This document shows positions 48,541 through 58,795 of a stretch of 64,000 bases of DNA, piece by piece. The notes beneath the pieces are model-generated. The model saw only the letters and a program-made list of their open reading frames with translations, was not told the origin of the DNA and searched no databases. Source of the stretch: Gemmatimonadota bacterium (lineage in GTDB: Bacteria; Gemmatimonadota; Gemmatimonadetes; Gemmatimonadales; GWC2-71-9); the NCBI GenBank assembly GCA_039586365.1, contig JBDHKN010000001.1, positions 128,001-192,000 on the forward strand, in the 5' to 3' direction. The position numbers and the translations under genes were made by a program. How positions within the stretch are numbered: the stretch's first letter is position 1; each line of letters opens with the position of its first letter.

Positions 48541-49533
48541 TCAGCTAGCTTCGGTGATCAAGACCGCAGCCCCACGCAATCGGCCTTCCCGCAGGTTCTC
48601 CAACGCTTCGTTGGCATGATCGAGTGCGTATTTCTCGACGTGCGTAGTCACGGGTACCGTGGGTGCCAATGCCATGAACTCCTCCCCGTCACGCCTGGTG
48701 AGATTCGCCACAGAACAGATGGTTCTTTCCTGCCACAGAATCTCGTAGGCAAATGCTGGTATATCACTCATGTGGATACCGGCGCAGACTACCGTCCCTC
48801 CCGGTGCAACAGCCCTGAGAGCGGCGGGCACGAGCCTGCCGACCGGCGCGAAGATGATTGCGGCATCCAGCTCCTCTGGCGGCGCGTCATCAGAAGATCC
48901 GGCCCACTCGACCCCCATTTCTCTGGCGAATCCTTGAGCCGTCGAATCGTCTGCGCGAGTGAACGCGAACAGACGTCTACCTTGGTACAGGGCCACCTGG
49001 GCGATGATATGGGCGGCGGCCCCAAAGCCGTAGAGGCCGAGCCGCTCGGAATCACCTGCCGCGATCAAGGAACGGTATCCGATCAGCCCGGCGCACAGTA
49101 ATGGTGCTGCCTGCAAGTCGTCGAAACCACTTGGGATTGAGAAACAGAATCTCTCGTCGGCAACCGTGTACTCAGCGTACCCTCCATCGATCCCGTAACC
49201 AGTGAAGCGAGCGCTTTGACAGAGATTCTCGCGACCCGAACGGCAGTAGCGACACGCTCCGCAGGTCCAGCCGAGCCACGGTACACCTACACGATCTCCC
49301 TCCCCGAAACGCGCGGCGCCGGAACCCGCACGCACCACCGACCCGACTATCTCATGGCCGAGTATGAGGGGGAGCTTGGGTTCGGTGAGATCCCCATCCA
49401 GCACATGCAGATCAGTGCGACACACGGCGCAGGCGCTGACCTTGACTAGTAGCTGTCCTGGCCCGGGTTCTGGGGTGGGGACCTCCCTCTCTTCGAGCGG
49501 ACCACCGACAGCTGCCATGACCATCGCGTGCAT
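48541..49533 (-). CDS. Zinc-dependent alcohol dehydrogenase
   Basis: VCRTDLH, GHE, CGACRYC..ENLC, LLCAGLIG, GFGAAAH. Confidence 0.92.
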   Translation of the reverse strand: MHAMVMAAVGGPLEEREVPTPEPGPGQLLVKVSACAVCRTDLHVLDGDLTEPKLPLILGHEIVGSVVRAGSGAARFGEGDRVGVPWLGWTCGACRYCRSGRENLCQSARFTGYGIDGGYAEYTVADERFCFSIPSGFDDLQAAPLLCAGLIGYRSLIAAGDSERLGLYGFGAAAHIIAQVALYQGRRLFAFTRADDSTAQGFAREMGVEWAGSSDDAPPEELDAAIIFAPVGRLVPAALRAVAPGGTVVCAGIHMSDIPAFAYEILWQERTICSVANLTRRDGEEFMALAPTVPVTTHVEKYALDHANEALENLREGRLRGAAVLITEAS

Positions 49534-49641
49534 GGCTCTGCCACTCCTCTCTATCCGGGGGGCGCGCTCAGCCAAGCCACCCAACCCTAGTAGTGCGCCG
49601 CCACCCGCCCCGGTTGAACAATCACCGGAACAGGTTCGTGG

Positions 49642-50046
49642 TCAGGCACCACCGCTGCGCCTGAAACGGTCGATGTCACGCCGCTCTCTCTTGGTCGGCC
49701 TGCCCTTGGTTCGGAAGACGGGTGTTGGGAGGGACTTGAGCTGGTCGCTGAGTGCCTCTCTGCGAAGTATCGACTCGGCGGTTTCCTGATACAGCGCTTG
49801 AGCTTCCCGCACAGGGCCACGTCGTTCCGCGATAGCGCGCACTGTCACGCGGTGCTCGAAGGGGCCTTTGCGGATCAGCAGCTCGTCGCCGACATGTACC
49901 AGCTTGGCCCGTTTGGCGCGGTGACCGTTGACTTGAACCTTCCCGCCGCCGATGGCCTCGACAGCGAGAGATCTGGTCTTGAAGAACCTTGCCGCCCACA
50001 GCCAGCGATCCAGCCGTACTCCCACTGGTCGGTGTGGATCACCCAT
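49642..50046 (-). CDS. hslR: Ribosome-associated heat shock protein Hsp15
   Basis: RLDRWLWAARFFKTRSLA S4 domain, GRPTKRERR. Confidence 0.93.
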   Translation of the reverse strand: MGDPHRPVGVRLDRWLWAARFFKTRSLAVEAIGGGKVQVNGHRAKRAKLVHVGDELLIRKGPFEHRVTVRAIAERRGPVREAQALYQETAESILRREALSDQLKSLPTPVFRTKGRPTKRERRDIDRFRRSGGA

Positions 50047-50176
50047 GGTCGGAATCGTACTGCACCTCGGGAAATAAGCAAATGGCTATGACCCTCATGC
50101 CCGACCCTGGATGAACTCGCCGCGTGCGGTTGCAAACCGTATCTTGGCAGGGAGTGCAAGAGAATGGAGGGGAACG

Positions 50177-50638
50177 ATGAAGAGACTTGTAGTGGGCTTG
50201 CTTTGGGTTGTCGTGGTGGGGACGGTCGGTTGCTCGTCCAGTCCCGATCTAGCAGCGGAACTCGAGAATCTCAGGGCAGCCGACCGCGGCTTCGCTCGGG
50301 CCACCGCAGCACGAGGGGTGGAGGGGTGGGTTGCGAACTTCGCAGAGGACGGTGTGATGTTCCAAGCCGGTGCGATTGTGCGTGGGCACGCTGCGATTGA
50401 GGAGTTGATGGCCCCAGCGTTTTCCGACAGTTCGTACATGCTTTCGTGGGAACCCGAGTATGCGGAAGTTTCGAGCACCGCTGACCTCGGATACACCGTT
50501 GGTCGCTACGAATCGCGCCGCGTCGGCCCCGATGGCGTGTCGCTCGTCGGGACAGGAAGGTACGTGACCATCTGGCGCCGGGATTCGGATGGCCGCTGGC
50601 AGGTGGTACTGGACATCGGGAGCCCTGACGAGCAATAG
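50177..50638 (+). CDS. DUF4440/SnoaL-like lipoprotein
   Basis: GGAGG RBS, lipobox TVGC, DLGYTVG, GRYVTIWRR. Confidence 0.82.
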   Translation: MKRLVVGLLWVVVVGTVGCSSSPDLAAELENLRAADRGFARATAARGVEGWVANFAEDGVMFQAGAIVRGHAAIEELMAPAFSDSSYMLSWEPEYAEVSSTADLGYTVGRYESRRVGPDGVSLVGTGRYVTIWRRDSDGRWQVVLDIGSPDEQ

Positions 50639-50698
50639 GGGCGGGCAGTCAGGCCGCGCCCTGACTAGTAGTTAGTGGCTTTCCTCTGGAGGTGAACC

Positions 50699-50953
50699 AT
50701 GGCAGAGGAGTTGGTAGGCACGGTCACGCACTTCTTCAAGGGACCCAGCGTTGCTGTCGTGCGGGTGACCGAGGGGGAGATCGCCCTGGGAGACAAAATC
50801 CACTTCGTTGGGCACACGACGGATTTTGCCGAGACCGTCAATTCACTGGAGGTGAATCACCAAAAGGTCGAGCGGGCGAAAGCCGGTGACGAAATCGCCA
50901 TCCAGGTGGTCGACCGAGCGCGCCAGCATGACCAGGTGTACAAGGTGAACTAG
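50699..50953 (+). CDS. Small EF-Tu domain II/U32 C-terminal-like beta-barrel protein
   Basis: VGTVTHFF..VAVV, GDKIHFVGHTTDF, DQVYKV; GGAGG RBS. Confidence 0.8.
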   Translation: MAEELVGTVTHFFKGPSVAVVRVTEGEIALGDKIHFVGHTTDFAETVNSLEVNHQKVERAKAGDEIAIQVVDRARQHDQVYKVN

Positions 50954-51088
50954 TTGACAGTCCGACCGCATACCGCTGCGCGCTGGAGTTCAGGGGGCTA
51001 TGGGTGCGGTCGGGTGCAGGAATGTCGGCCCTGCGGTTCCCTCCGGGCGGTGTAGCTGACCGCCCGGAGTCGCCGCAGACGAAGTCAG

Positions 51089-51835
51089 CTACCGTATTGC
51101 CGGACCGATGGTGTCGTGGTGGTACTGGATGAGAGTCCTCATGTAGCTGCCGATCCGGTCAGCACCTTCGAAGCCGGCAGCAATCGCTGCGGCCTGCGCC
51201 CGCTCTGGGGCTATATCGGCGCTCGCGGCCCAATGTTGTAGATCGCGGTAGACACCGAGAGTGAATGCGTCCCAGGACGACCCGGCGGCTCGAGTGAAGA
51301 TCAGGTTCTGGGGTCGACCCACCCGCGCCAAGTAGTCGTTTTCCATCTCTCGTTGCCGAAACAGATCAGCGTGCTTTCCTGGGAGCGCCAAGAATATCTC
51401 GAGGTGGTAGTACTCGCCACCGTTCATGGTGGTGGAAACCACATCGAGTGACGGACCGAGTACGAAAAGGTCCTCTTGCCAGGAAGCGTGCTGTCTGAGC
51501 TGGCTCTCAAACTCGGCTGCGCTCACACCTGACTGTGCTGCCGCCTGCTCGCGACGAGACGTTCGATCGGGCGCGTAGTAATCCTGGAAGGTCCCCATAG
51601 GATATAGCAGCATCAGGTCCCACTGGTCTCCCTGACTGTGCCGCATTATGAAAGGAGGCGTCTGTCCGGCCGCCTCATGCAGCGTCCGCCGATCGTTGAC
51701 GATGTCGATCAGTTCGAGGAGGCTGCCCGGTGCAGCCCGCACGAAGTGAGCTCTGTAGAGAAAAGAGGTGTCCGCCTGCACCTGAGTTGCAGCCAAAGAT
51801 GCGACGATTAGTATGAAATTCATCAGGCCTCCCAT
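51089..51835 (-). CDS. Secreted hypothetical protein (tandem NIPSNAP-like repeats)
   Basis: Signal peptide; two internal repeats (AAPG...WD and ALPG...WD). Confidence 0.7.
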   Translation of the reverse strand: MGGLMNFILIVASLAATQVQADTSFLYRAHFVRAAPGSLLELIDIVNDRRTLHEAAGQTPPFIMRHSQGDQWDLMLLYPMGTFQDYYAPDRTSRREQAAAQSGVSAAEFESQLRQHASWQEDLFVLGPSLDVVSTTMNGGEYYHLEIFLALPGKHADLFRQREMENDYLARVGRPQNLIFTRAAGSSWDAFTLGVYRDLQHWAASADIAPERAQAAAIAAGFEGADRIGSYMRTLIQYHHDTIGPAIR

Positions 51836-51981
51836 TCGGTGCCGGTTGATAATGGGTATGCGACTGCGTGAAAGTTGCTCGCCGGGGTTGCGGCCGCAAC
51901 TTTCAGGCTGATCGCTGCTCCGACGGTGTAGGTTGTTGTCTCAGCTGCCGGCCAATTGGAGCGAGACGAGACGGTCCCGAC

Positions 51982-52710
51982 ATGAAGACTACCCCCGATT
52001 CCTGGAAGCCATTCGCTGCCGCGATGCGGCGGTATTTCGCTGGTGATACCAGTGCCAAGATCGTGGTCCATAACGACTTTGGTGAGCGTGATGAATACTC
52101 GATGGCGTACTTCTACAGGGAGCCAGCGGAGTTTCCGCCGTTGGAGCAAACGGCGCTCGAGTTGTGTCGGGGTCGCGTACTGGATGTTGGGGCAGGAGCT
52201 GGCTGCCACAGCCTCGCGCTCGAACAGCGGGGTATTGCGGTGACAGCGCTCGAGATCTCACCTGAATTGGTCGCCATAATGCAGGCCCGCGGAGTGTCCA
52301 AGGTGTATTGCTGTGACATCAACGATTTCGAGGCAGATCATCAGTTCGACACTATATTGATGCTCATGAACGGACTGGAGTTGGCCGGCACGCTGGTAGG
52401 GTTGGAACAGTTCCTGAGCTCAATCCATAGACTTGTGAAGGCAGACGGTCAGATCCTTGCTGACTCGACCGATCTCCGCGCAGCATATGGCAGTGGGCCC
52501 GGTAGAATGTTTCGTGGAGACGGGCGCTACGTAGGCGAAGTAGTAATGCAACTGGAGTTTGATGGTGAGAGGGGTGCACCGTTCCCTCGTCTCTACGTCG
52601 ATTCCGACGCATTGGCGGAGTATGCCGAGCACCACGGGTGGGATTGCGTCGTCGTCTCTCACAACGACTGTGGTGGCTATCTTGCTCGGCTGACTCCGCG
52701 GTGTGACTAG
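51982..52710 (+). CDS. Class I SAM-dependent methyltransferase
   Basis: VLDVGAGAGCHSL, FDTILMLMNG. Confidence 0.88.
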   Translation: MKTTPDSWKPFAAAMRRYFAGDTSAKIVVHNDFGERDEYSMAYFYREPAEFPPLEQTALELCRGRVLDVGAGAGCHSLALEQRGIAVTALEISPELVAIMQARGVSKVYCCDINDFEADHQFDTILMLMNGLELAGTLVGLEQFLSSIHRLVKADGQILADSTDLRAAYGSGPGRMFRGDGRYVGEVVMQLEFDGERGAPFPRLYVDSDALAEYAEHHGWDCVVVSHNDCGGYLARLTPRCD

Positions 52711-52880
52711 GGACGCTGGCTAGGATCTTCGAGCAAACGTTCGAACGTGAAATGGCGGACGCTCCCCCCGTCGTGATGTCGCTGCCACAGCTCCGTGATG
52801 GTTTTCACAGATCATCTTGCCCACCCGCCAGTTCGATATGTATCATCCATTGCCTTTAAGCTCCCTCCAATGGAGACACG

Positions 52881-53567
52881 ATGCGTCGAGTAACGAATCT
52901 CTATCGCTCGTCAGTCGGCAAGAAAGTGTTCATGGCCGTGACGGGCGCTCTGTTTGTTGTCTTCGTGCTCGGGCACATGTACGGCAACCTCAAGGCGTTC
53001 TATGGGCCCGAGACGTTCAATCACTACGCAGAATTCCTGAGGGAGATGGGCTCGCCGCTGCTGATGCACGGGCAACTCCTCTGGGTTCTGCGATTCGGAT
53101 TGTTGTTGGCGTTAGCGTTGCACGTTGTGCCGGCGTTACAGCTGTGGTGGACTGGGTACTATGCGCGGCCGGTGAAGTACCAGCGCGGCCTCACGGCCGA
53201 AGAATCGACCGTCGCTTCGCGCACCATGCGGTGGGGCGGTCTGCTCTTGCTCGCCTTTGTGATTCTCCACCTGCTCCACCTTACGGTTGGAACGATCCAT
53301 CCGGACTTCGTGCCGGGTGACGCCTACAACAATCTCGTAGTCGGCTTCCAGTGGTGGCCAGTTCCCGCCGCGTACATCGTCGTGATGGCCGGGCTGTGTT
53401 TCCACCTGTACCACGGGGTGTGGAGTGCAATGCAGACCCTAGGTATCAATCATCCACGGTTCAACCGCTACCGCCGGCCGATCGCGCTGATGGTCGCTGG
53501 CGTGGTCTTCGTTGGTTTCGTAACGACTCCGGTAGCGGTCCTTACCGGAATCCTGACACTCGCATAG
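52881..53567 (+). CDS. sdhC: Succinate dehydrogenase/fumarate reductase cytochrome b subunit
   Basis: [33 protein letters not shown]. Confidence 0.92.
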   Translation: MRRVTNLYRSSVGKKVFMAVTGALFVVFVLGHMYGNLKAFYGPETFNHYAEFLREMGSPLLMHGQLLWVLRFGLLLALALHVVPALQLWWTGYYARPVKYQRGLTAEESTVASRTMRWGGLLLLAFVILHLLHLTVGTIHPDFVPGDAYNNLVVGFQWWPVPAAYIVVMAGLCFHLYHGVWSAMQTLGINHPRFNRYRRPIALMVAGVVFVGFVTTPVAVLTGILTLA

Positions 53568-53586
53568 ACCACGCAGGGAATGTCAA

Positions 53587-55500
53587 ATGCAACTTGATTC
53601 GAAGATCCCCTCCGGTCCGATCCAGGATAAGTGGGACAAGCATCGCTTCGAACTGAAGCTGGTGAACGCTGCCAACAAGCGGAAATACGACGTGATCGTG
53701 GTCGGGTCGGGACTTGCCGGCGGCTCGGCGGCGGCCTCGCTCGCCGAGTTGGGCTACAACGTCAAGTGTTTCTGTTATCAGGATAGCGCGCGGAGGGCCC
53801 ATAGCATAGCAGCACAGGGCGGTATCAACGCCGCAAAGAACTATCCCAACGACGGTGACAGTATCTGGCGTCTGTTCTACGACACGGTAAAGGGCGGCGA
53901 TTATCGGGCGCGCGAGGCAAACGTCTACCGCCTGGCCCAGGTGAGCAACAACATCATCGACCAATGCGTCGCTCAAGGAGTTCCGTTTGCCCGTGAGTAC
54001 GGAGGCTTGTTGGACAACCGGTCGTTCGGTGGCGCTCAGGTGTCCCGCACTTTCTACGCGCGCGGTCAGACCGGACAGCAATTGTTGATCGGTGCCTACC
54101 ACGCGCTGGCGCGGCAAGTCGGCATCGGTCAGGTCAAGATGTTTCCGCGCAGCGAGATGCTGGACTTGGTGGTGGCAGACGGGCGGGCACAGGGAATAGT
54201 GGTGCGCGACATGGTGACGGGTATGGTCTCCTCACACGCGGCCCACGCCGTGGTGCTTGCCACCGGTGGTTACAGCAACGCGTTCTTCTTGTCCACCAAC
54301 GCGAAGGGCTGCAACGTGACCGCAGCGTACCGGGCCCACAAGCGCGGCGCCCTGTTCGCGAATCCCTGCTTCACTCAGATCCATCCCACCTGTATTCCGG
54401 CCAGTGGCGACTACCAGTCGAAGCTCACCCTGATGAGTGAATCGCTCCGAAATGACGGGCGCATCTGGGTTCCGAAAAAGGAGGGCGACGACCGGGCACC
54501 CGGACAGATTCCGGAAGGAGAGCGCGACTACTACTTGGAGCGCCTCTATCCCAGCTTCGGGAACCTCACGCCACGGGACATCGCGTCTCGCCGCGCAAAG
54601 GAGATGGTGGACATCGGCCACGGCGTTGGTGAAATGAACAACGGCGTCTATCTCGACTTCAGCCACGCCATCCAGCGGCTCGGCAAGAGGGTAATCACCG
54701 AGCGGTACGGCAACTTGTTCGAGATGTACGAGCGCATCACTGGCGACGATCCGTATGAGGTTCCGATGCGGATCTATCCGGCTCCGCACTATACGATGGG
54801 TGGACTCTGGGTCGACTACAACCTCGAGAGCACTGTACCGGGCCTGTTCGTGATCGGTGAGGCGAACTTCTCCGATCATGGTGCCAACCGTCTAGGCGCA
54901 AGCGCCCTAATGCAAGGTCTGGCCGACGGCTATTTCGTGCTTCCCTACACGATCGGTGACTACCTGGCACGTCTGGGACCCGTCAAGGTGAGCTCGGACA
55001 CGTCGGCTTTCAGTGCCGTTGCGGGTGAAGTGCAAGACCGCGCCAAGAAGCTGCTTGGCATAAACGGCAAGCGTACGGTCGATTCCTTCCATCGCGAGTT
55101 AGGCAAGCTCCTCTGGGAGAAGTGTGGCATGGGGCGTAACAAGGCCGGACTCGAGAAGGCACTGGAGACGATCCCGATGCTCAGAGACGAGTTTTGGCAG
55201 GATGTCCGCGTCACAGGAGTGAACGAGGAGCTGAATCAGACGCTGGAGAGAGCCGGCCGCGTAGCAGATTTTCTGGAGTTCGGTGAGCTCATGTGCCACG
55301 ACGCACTCTATCGCGCGGAGTCGTGTGGTGGACACTTCCGTGAGGAGTACCAGACGGAAGAGGGTGAAGCTCAGCGCAACGACGACGAGTTTGCACACGT
55401 TGCTGCTTGGGAGTTCACCGGTGTTGGATCGACGCCGGCGCTGCACAAGGAGCCGCTCACATTCGAGAACGTTCCCTTGTCGCAGAGGAGCTACAAATAA
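53587..55500 (+). CDS. sdhA: Succinate dehydrogenase/fumarate reductase flavoprotein
   Basis: [42 protein letters not shown]. Confidence 0.96.
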   Translation: MQLDSKIPSGPIQDKWDKHRFELKLVNAANKRKYDVIVVGSGLAGGSAAASLAELGYNVKCFCYQDSARRAHSIAAQGGINAAKNYPNDGDSIWRLFYDTVKGGDYRAREANVYRLAQVSNNIIDQCVAQGVPFAREYGGLLDNRSFGGAQVSRTFYARGQTGQQLLIGAYHALARQVGIGQVKMFPRSEMLDLVVADGRAQGIVVRDMVTGMVSSHAAHAVVLATGGYSNAFFLSTNAKGCNVTAAYRAHKRGALFANPCFTQIHPTCIPASGDYQSKLTLMSESLRNDGRIWVPKKEGDDRAPGQIPEGERDYYLERLYPSFGNLTPRDIASRRAKEMVDIGHGVGEMNNGVYLDFSHAIQRLGKRVITERYGNLFEMYERITGDDPYEVPMRIYPAPHYTMGGLWVDYNLESTVPGLFVIGEANFSDHGANRLGASALMQGLADGYFVLPYTIGDYLARLGPVKVSSDTSAFSAVAGEVQDRAKKLLGINGKRTVDSFHRELGKLLWEKCGMGRNKAGLEKALETIPMLRDEFWQDVRVTGVNEELNQTLERAGRVADFLEFGELMCHDALYRAESCGGHFREEYQTEEGEAQRNDDEFAHVAAWEFTGVGSTPALHKEPLTFENVPLSQRSYK

Positions 55501-56246
55501 TGAAGATCATCCTGCACGTTTGGCGTCAGAAGAACGCCTCCGCCAAGGGCGGTTTCGTTCGTTATGTAGCCGACGACGTGAACGAGCACATGTCGTTCCT
55601 CGAGATGCTCGATACGTTGAATGAGAAACTGACGGAGCGGGGCGAGGATCCGATTGCCTTTGAGCATGACTGCCGTGAGGGAATCTGCGGCTGCTGTGGC
55701 GTCGTGATAAACGGGATCGCGCACGGGCCGCAACACGGGGCAGCAACCTGTCAGCTCCACATGCGCACTTTCGAAGACGGCAATGAGTTGTGGATCGAGC
55801 CGTGGCGCGCGAGGCCGTTTCCGGTGCTCAAGGACCTGATGGTTGACCGCAGCCCTTTGGACCGGATCGTAGAGGCCGGTGGTTTCATCTCAATTCGCAC
55901 CGGTGCAGCTCAGGACGCCAATGCGATTCCGATCGAGAAGGAAAAGGCGGACCTGGCAATGGACGCGGCGGCATGCATCGGCTGCGGCGCCTGTGTGGCG
56001 GCGTGCCCCAACGCATCGGCGATGCTGTTCACGGCCGCCAAGGTCTCCCATTTGGGGCTGCTGCCACAGGGGCAGCCCGAGCGCATCGAGCGGGTGCTCA
56101 GAATGATCGCCACGATGGACGAACTGGGGTTCGGCGGATGCACTAACCATGGCGAGTGTGAATCTGCTTGTCCGAAGCAGATCAGTATCGACTTCATTGC
56201 CCGCTTGAACCGGGACCTGATGAAGGCGTCGGTGGTCGCGAGGTAG
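55500..56246 (+). CDS. sdhB: Succinate dehydrogenase/fumarate reductase Fe-S subunit
   Basis: [36 protein letters not shown] overlaps the sdhA TAA. Confidence 0.95.
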   Translation: MKIILHVWRQKNASAKGGFVRYVADDVNEHMSFLEMLDTLNEKLTERGEDPIAFEHDCREGICGCCGVVINGIAHGPQHGAATCQLHMRTFEDGNELWIEPWRARPFPVLKDLMVDRSPLDRIVEAGGFISIRTGAAQDANAIPIEKEKADLAMDAAACIGCGACVAACPNASAMLFTAAKVSHLGLLPQGQPERIERVLRMIATMDELGFGGCTNHGECESACPKQISIDFIARLNRDLMKASVVAR

Positions 56247-56272
56247 ACCACGCAGTTGGAGTGGTAATGAAG

Positions 56273-56396
56273 GAGCGGGGAGCCGGGAGCTGGGAGAGGT
56301 CAGGGCGGTACAAGCGTCCTTCGCCAACATGGTGGACCGCGGCGTTCGAGCCGTGTCTGGCCCGACCCCGCGGGGCCGGCTCTCTGCTCCCCGCTC
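56273..56396. repeat. 21-nt inverted repeat enclosing a multi-hairpin structure
   Basis: 56273-56293 pairs with 56376-56396 (20 of 21 positions including G:U). Confidence 0.75.
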
Positions 56397-56451
56397 TTTG
56401 CTCCCTCGTCCCGCCAATTAAGCGTTTCCCACCTTCCCCGTATCTAATTCC

Positions 56452-57033
56452 ATGCCAGAGGATCTGAGGCGTGGAGTGGAGCGCACCCTGACGAACGAGT
56501 TCGAGCTAACGCCAGCTGAAGCCGACATGATCGATGTCGAATTTGCGGTAAACGGGGACACAGTGGCCTTCGAGCGTCTCTATAGGCGCCACGTGCCTCG
56601 CATACACAGTGTGGCGCGTTGGCTCATGGGTCGCGAGGACGTGGATGACGCGTTGCAGGAGGTTTTCATCCGGGCTTGGGAGAAGCTCAGCTCCTTCCGT
56701 GGGGATGCGGCTTTCAGCACCTGGCTGCATCGGCTAGCCACGAACGTGATCCTGAGAGAGCGGGAGAGGTACCGCAGGGACGAGAATCGGCACTCCGGCT
56801 TGCTGGTGGAGGTGGAGAATGCACGCTCGGCTCCGGTGACACCGGATCTGACAACCGATATCGAGACCGCAGTGGATCGGCTCCCAGAACGCGCACGGCA
56901 GGTTTTTGTGCTCCACGACATGGAGGGATACAGGCACGAGGAGATAGGCAAAGTGCTGGGCGTCTCGGTGGGTACTTCCCGATCGCAACTGCATCACGCC
57001 CGCATGGCGCTGCGCAGCTTCTTCGAGGCCTAG
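56452..57033 (+). CDS. ECF RNA polymerase sigma factor
   Basis: AFERLYRRH, DALQEVFIRAW, FSTWLHR, EEIGKVLGVSVGTSRSQL. Confidence 0.93.
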   Translation: MPEDLRRGVERTLTNEFELTPAEADMIDVEFAVNGDTVAFERLYRRHVPRIHSVARWLMGREDVDDALQEVFIRAWEKLSSFRGDAAFSTWLHRLATNVILRERERYRRDENRHSGLLVEVENARSAPVTPDLTTDIETAVDRLPERARQVFVLHDMEGYRHEEIGKVLGVSVGTSRSQLHHARMALRSFFEA

Positions 57034-57045
57034 AGGAGACAAGCA

Positions 57046-57729
57046 ATGTCGGATCAGTGGACCAGCAGGCTTTCTGCCTATCTCGATGACGAGCTGACAC
57101 AGATTGAGCGTACGGAGCTCGAGGGGCATGTGGAGATCTGTGATGAATGCCAGGCTGCTATCGCGCAGCTCAGGCGCGTCGTTTACTGGGCCCAGGACTA
57201 TCCAGGTAGAAGCACTGACCGTGACGTCTGGCACCGGATTGCCGCCAATATCAGGGGGACTCATCCTGGTGTGGTGAACCTGCCAAGTCGTTCTCGTAAG
57301 CTTCAAGGCATGCGGTACCGCCTACCGCAGATCCTGGCAGCCGGGATTGTGCTGGCTTTGGTCGGCACCGGTAGCTGGTGGCTGGCCCGAGCGACTGCTC
57401 CCCAGGATCGCATGGCGGCGGTGATGGATGCTCCGACGCCGGAAGCGAGTTCCACGATTGTGCTGACTATCCACGCGGCTCAGAAATACAGGCCGGCAAT
57501 CGCGGAGCTAGAAAGGGTGCTGCTCGAAGAACCGGGAAGACTGGATAGCACGACGGTCCGCGTCCTGCGCGAAAAGCTGGCAATCATTGACCGGGCATTA
57601 CACGAAGCTCAGGAGGCGTTGGCGAGGGATCCGTACAGCGACTATCTCGCCGATCACTACACTGGAATGATGAAGCAGAAGCTCACGGTACTGCGATCCG
57701 CCGCACGTGAAGCTGCAGTGCGTAGCTAG
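57046..57729 (+). CDS. Anti-sigma factor (zf-HC2)
   Basis: LSAYLDDEL, HxxxCxxC (HVEICDEC), one TM helix. Confidence 0.88.
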   Translation: MSDQWTSRLSAYLDDELTQIERTELEGHVEICDECQAAIAQLRRVVYWAQDYPGRSTDRDVWHRIAANIRGTHPGVVNLPSRSRKLQGMRYRLPQILAAGIVLALVGTGSWWLARATAPQDRMAAVMDAPTPEASSTIVLTIHAAQKYRPAIAELERVLLEEPGRLDSTTVRVLREKLAIIDRALHEAQEALARDPYSDYLADHYTGMMKQKLTVLRSAAREAAVRS

Positions 57730-57783
57730 CCGGTCGGCATGAGAAGCTGTGGGTGACGTGAGTCGGCTTGGATTGCCGGCTCG

Positions 57784-58656
57784 ATGACTGGAAGGAGACA
57801 GACGATGCTAGTGGGAATTGCACTTGGGGTGATCGCATTGGCGACGCCCGTACTGCAGGCGGACACGACCTTTGCGGTCGATCCTGGGTTGCGTCTCGAA
57901 GTGAGAAACCGTAGCGGCGACATCACCATTCGGACTTGGGACCGCAACGAGGTGAGGGTGGAAACGGATCGTTCGCGGCGAAGCCCGATCGTGATCGAGC
58001 GCACATCCAGTGCTGTGCGCATTGGCACGACAGCTTGGCCGCGGGACGACGACGATATTGACTTGTGGCTCACCGTACCGGCTTCGATGCCACTCGAGTT
58101 GAGTGGCTCGGAATCCGACGTGACGGTGGATGGATCCAGAGGTGAAATCAATGTGGATCTGAGTGAAGGTGACGTGTCCATCCGGGGAGGTTCGGGGCGG
58201 GTCTCGGTTCGGACCAACGACGGTGCCGTAACCGTGGAAGATGCAGAAGGCATGGTTCGGCTGTTCTCGATGGACGGGGACATAATCGTCGAGCATGCGT
58301 CGGGTGATATCGAGGTTGAGACCACCGACGGTACAATTGAGCTACGAGATGTTCTGGCCACAACGGTCCGAGCTACCACGGTCGACGGCGATATTTGGTT
58401 TGATGGTGAGCTCGCTCTGCGGGGCGAGTATTCTCTGGAGACACACGACGGGGACATAACGGTCTATGTATCCGAAGACTCCGACGCTCGGGTGAGAGTA
58501 GCTGTATACGACGGCGACTTCTCGTCGGATTTCTCCATCACGTTTCCCTCGTGGCCTCGAGGTAGGCGGGCGGAGTTCACGTTGGGTGGCGGAAGCGCCG
58601 ACTTGCAGATCGAGACGTTCGACGGAGATATTCAGTTGCTGAGGAGACGGAGGTGA
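57784..58656 (+). CDS. DUF4097 family beta-strand repeat protein
   Basis: Signal peptide; repeated T-x-D-G-D-I motifs; typical third gene of such ECF modules. Confidence 0.85.
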   Translation: MTGRRQTMLVGIALGVIALATPVLQADTTFAVDPGLRLEVRNRSGDITIRTWDRNEVRVETDRSRRSPIVIERTSSAVRIGTTAWPRDDDDIDLWLTVPASMPLELSGSESDVTVDGSRGEINVDLSEGDVSIRGGSGRVSVRTNDGAVTVEDAEGMVRLFSMDGDIIVEHASGDIEVETTDGTIELRDVLATTVRATTVDGDIWFDGELALRGEYSLETHDGDITVYVSEDSDARVRVAVYDGDFSSDFSITFPSWPRGRRAEFTLGGGSADLQIETFDGDIQLLRRRR

Positions 58657-58795
58657 CGTAGGCCTGAGCACGAACTGGGGGCGACGCGCCCGGGGTCACG
58701 TGGTCGTGACCAGCCCTGCGTTACATTTGTAGCGCGGGGCTTCTTACTTGCCCCAATGCTCCTACTGCCATAAGCCACTTGCAGGCAGACGAATC

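Noticed and set aside
56298..56363. tRNA gene
   Set aside because: No proper D-arm or 7-nt anticodon loop, and the T-loop has 6 nt.
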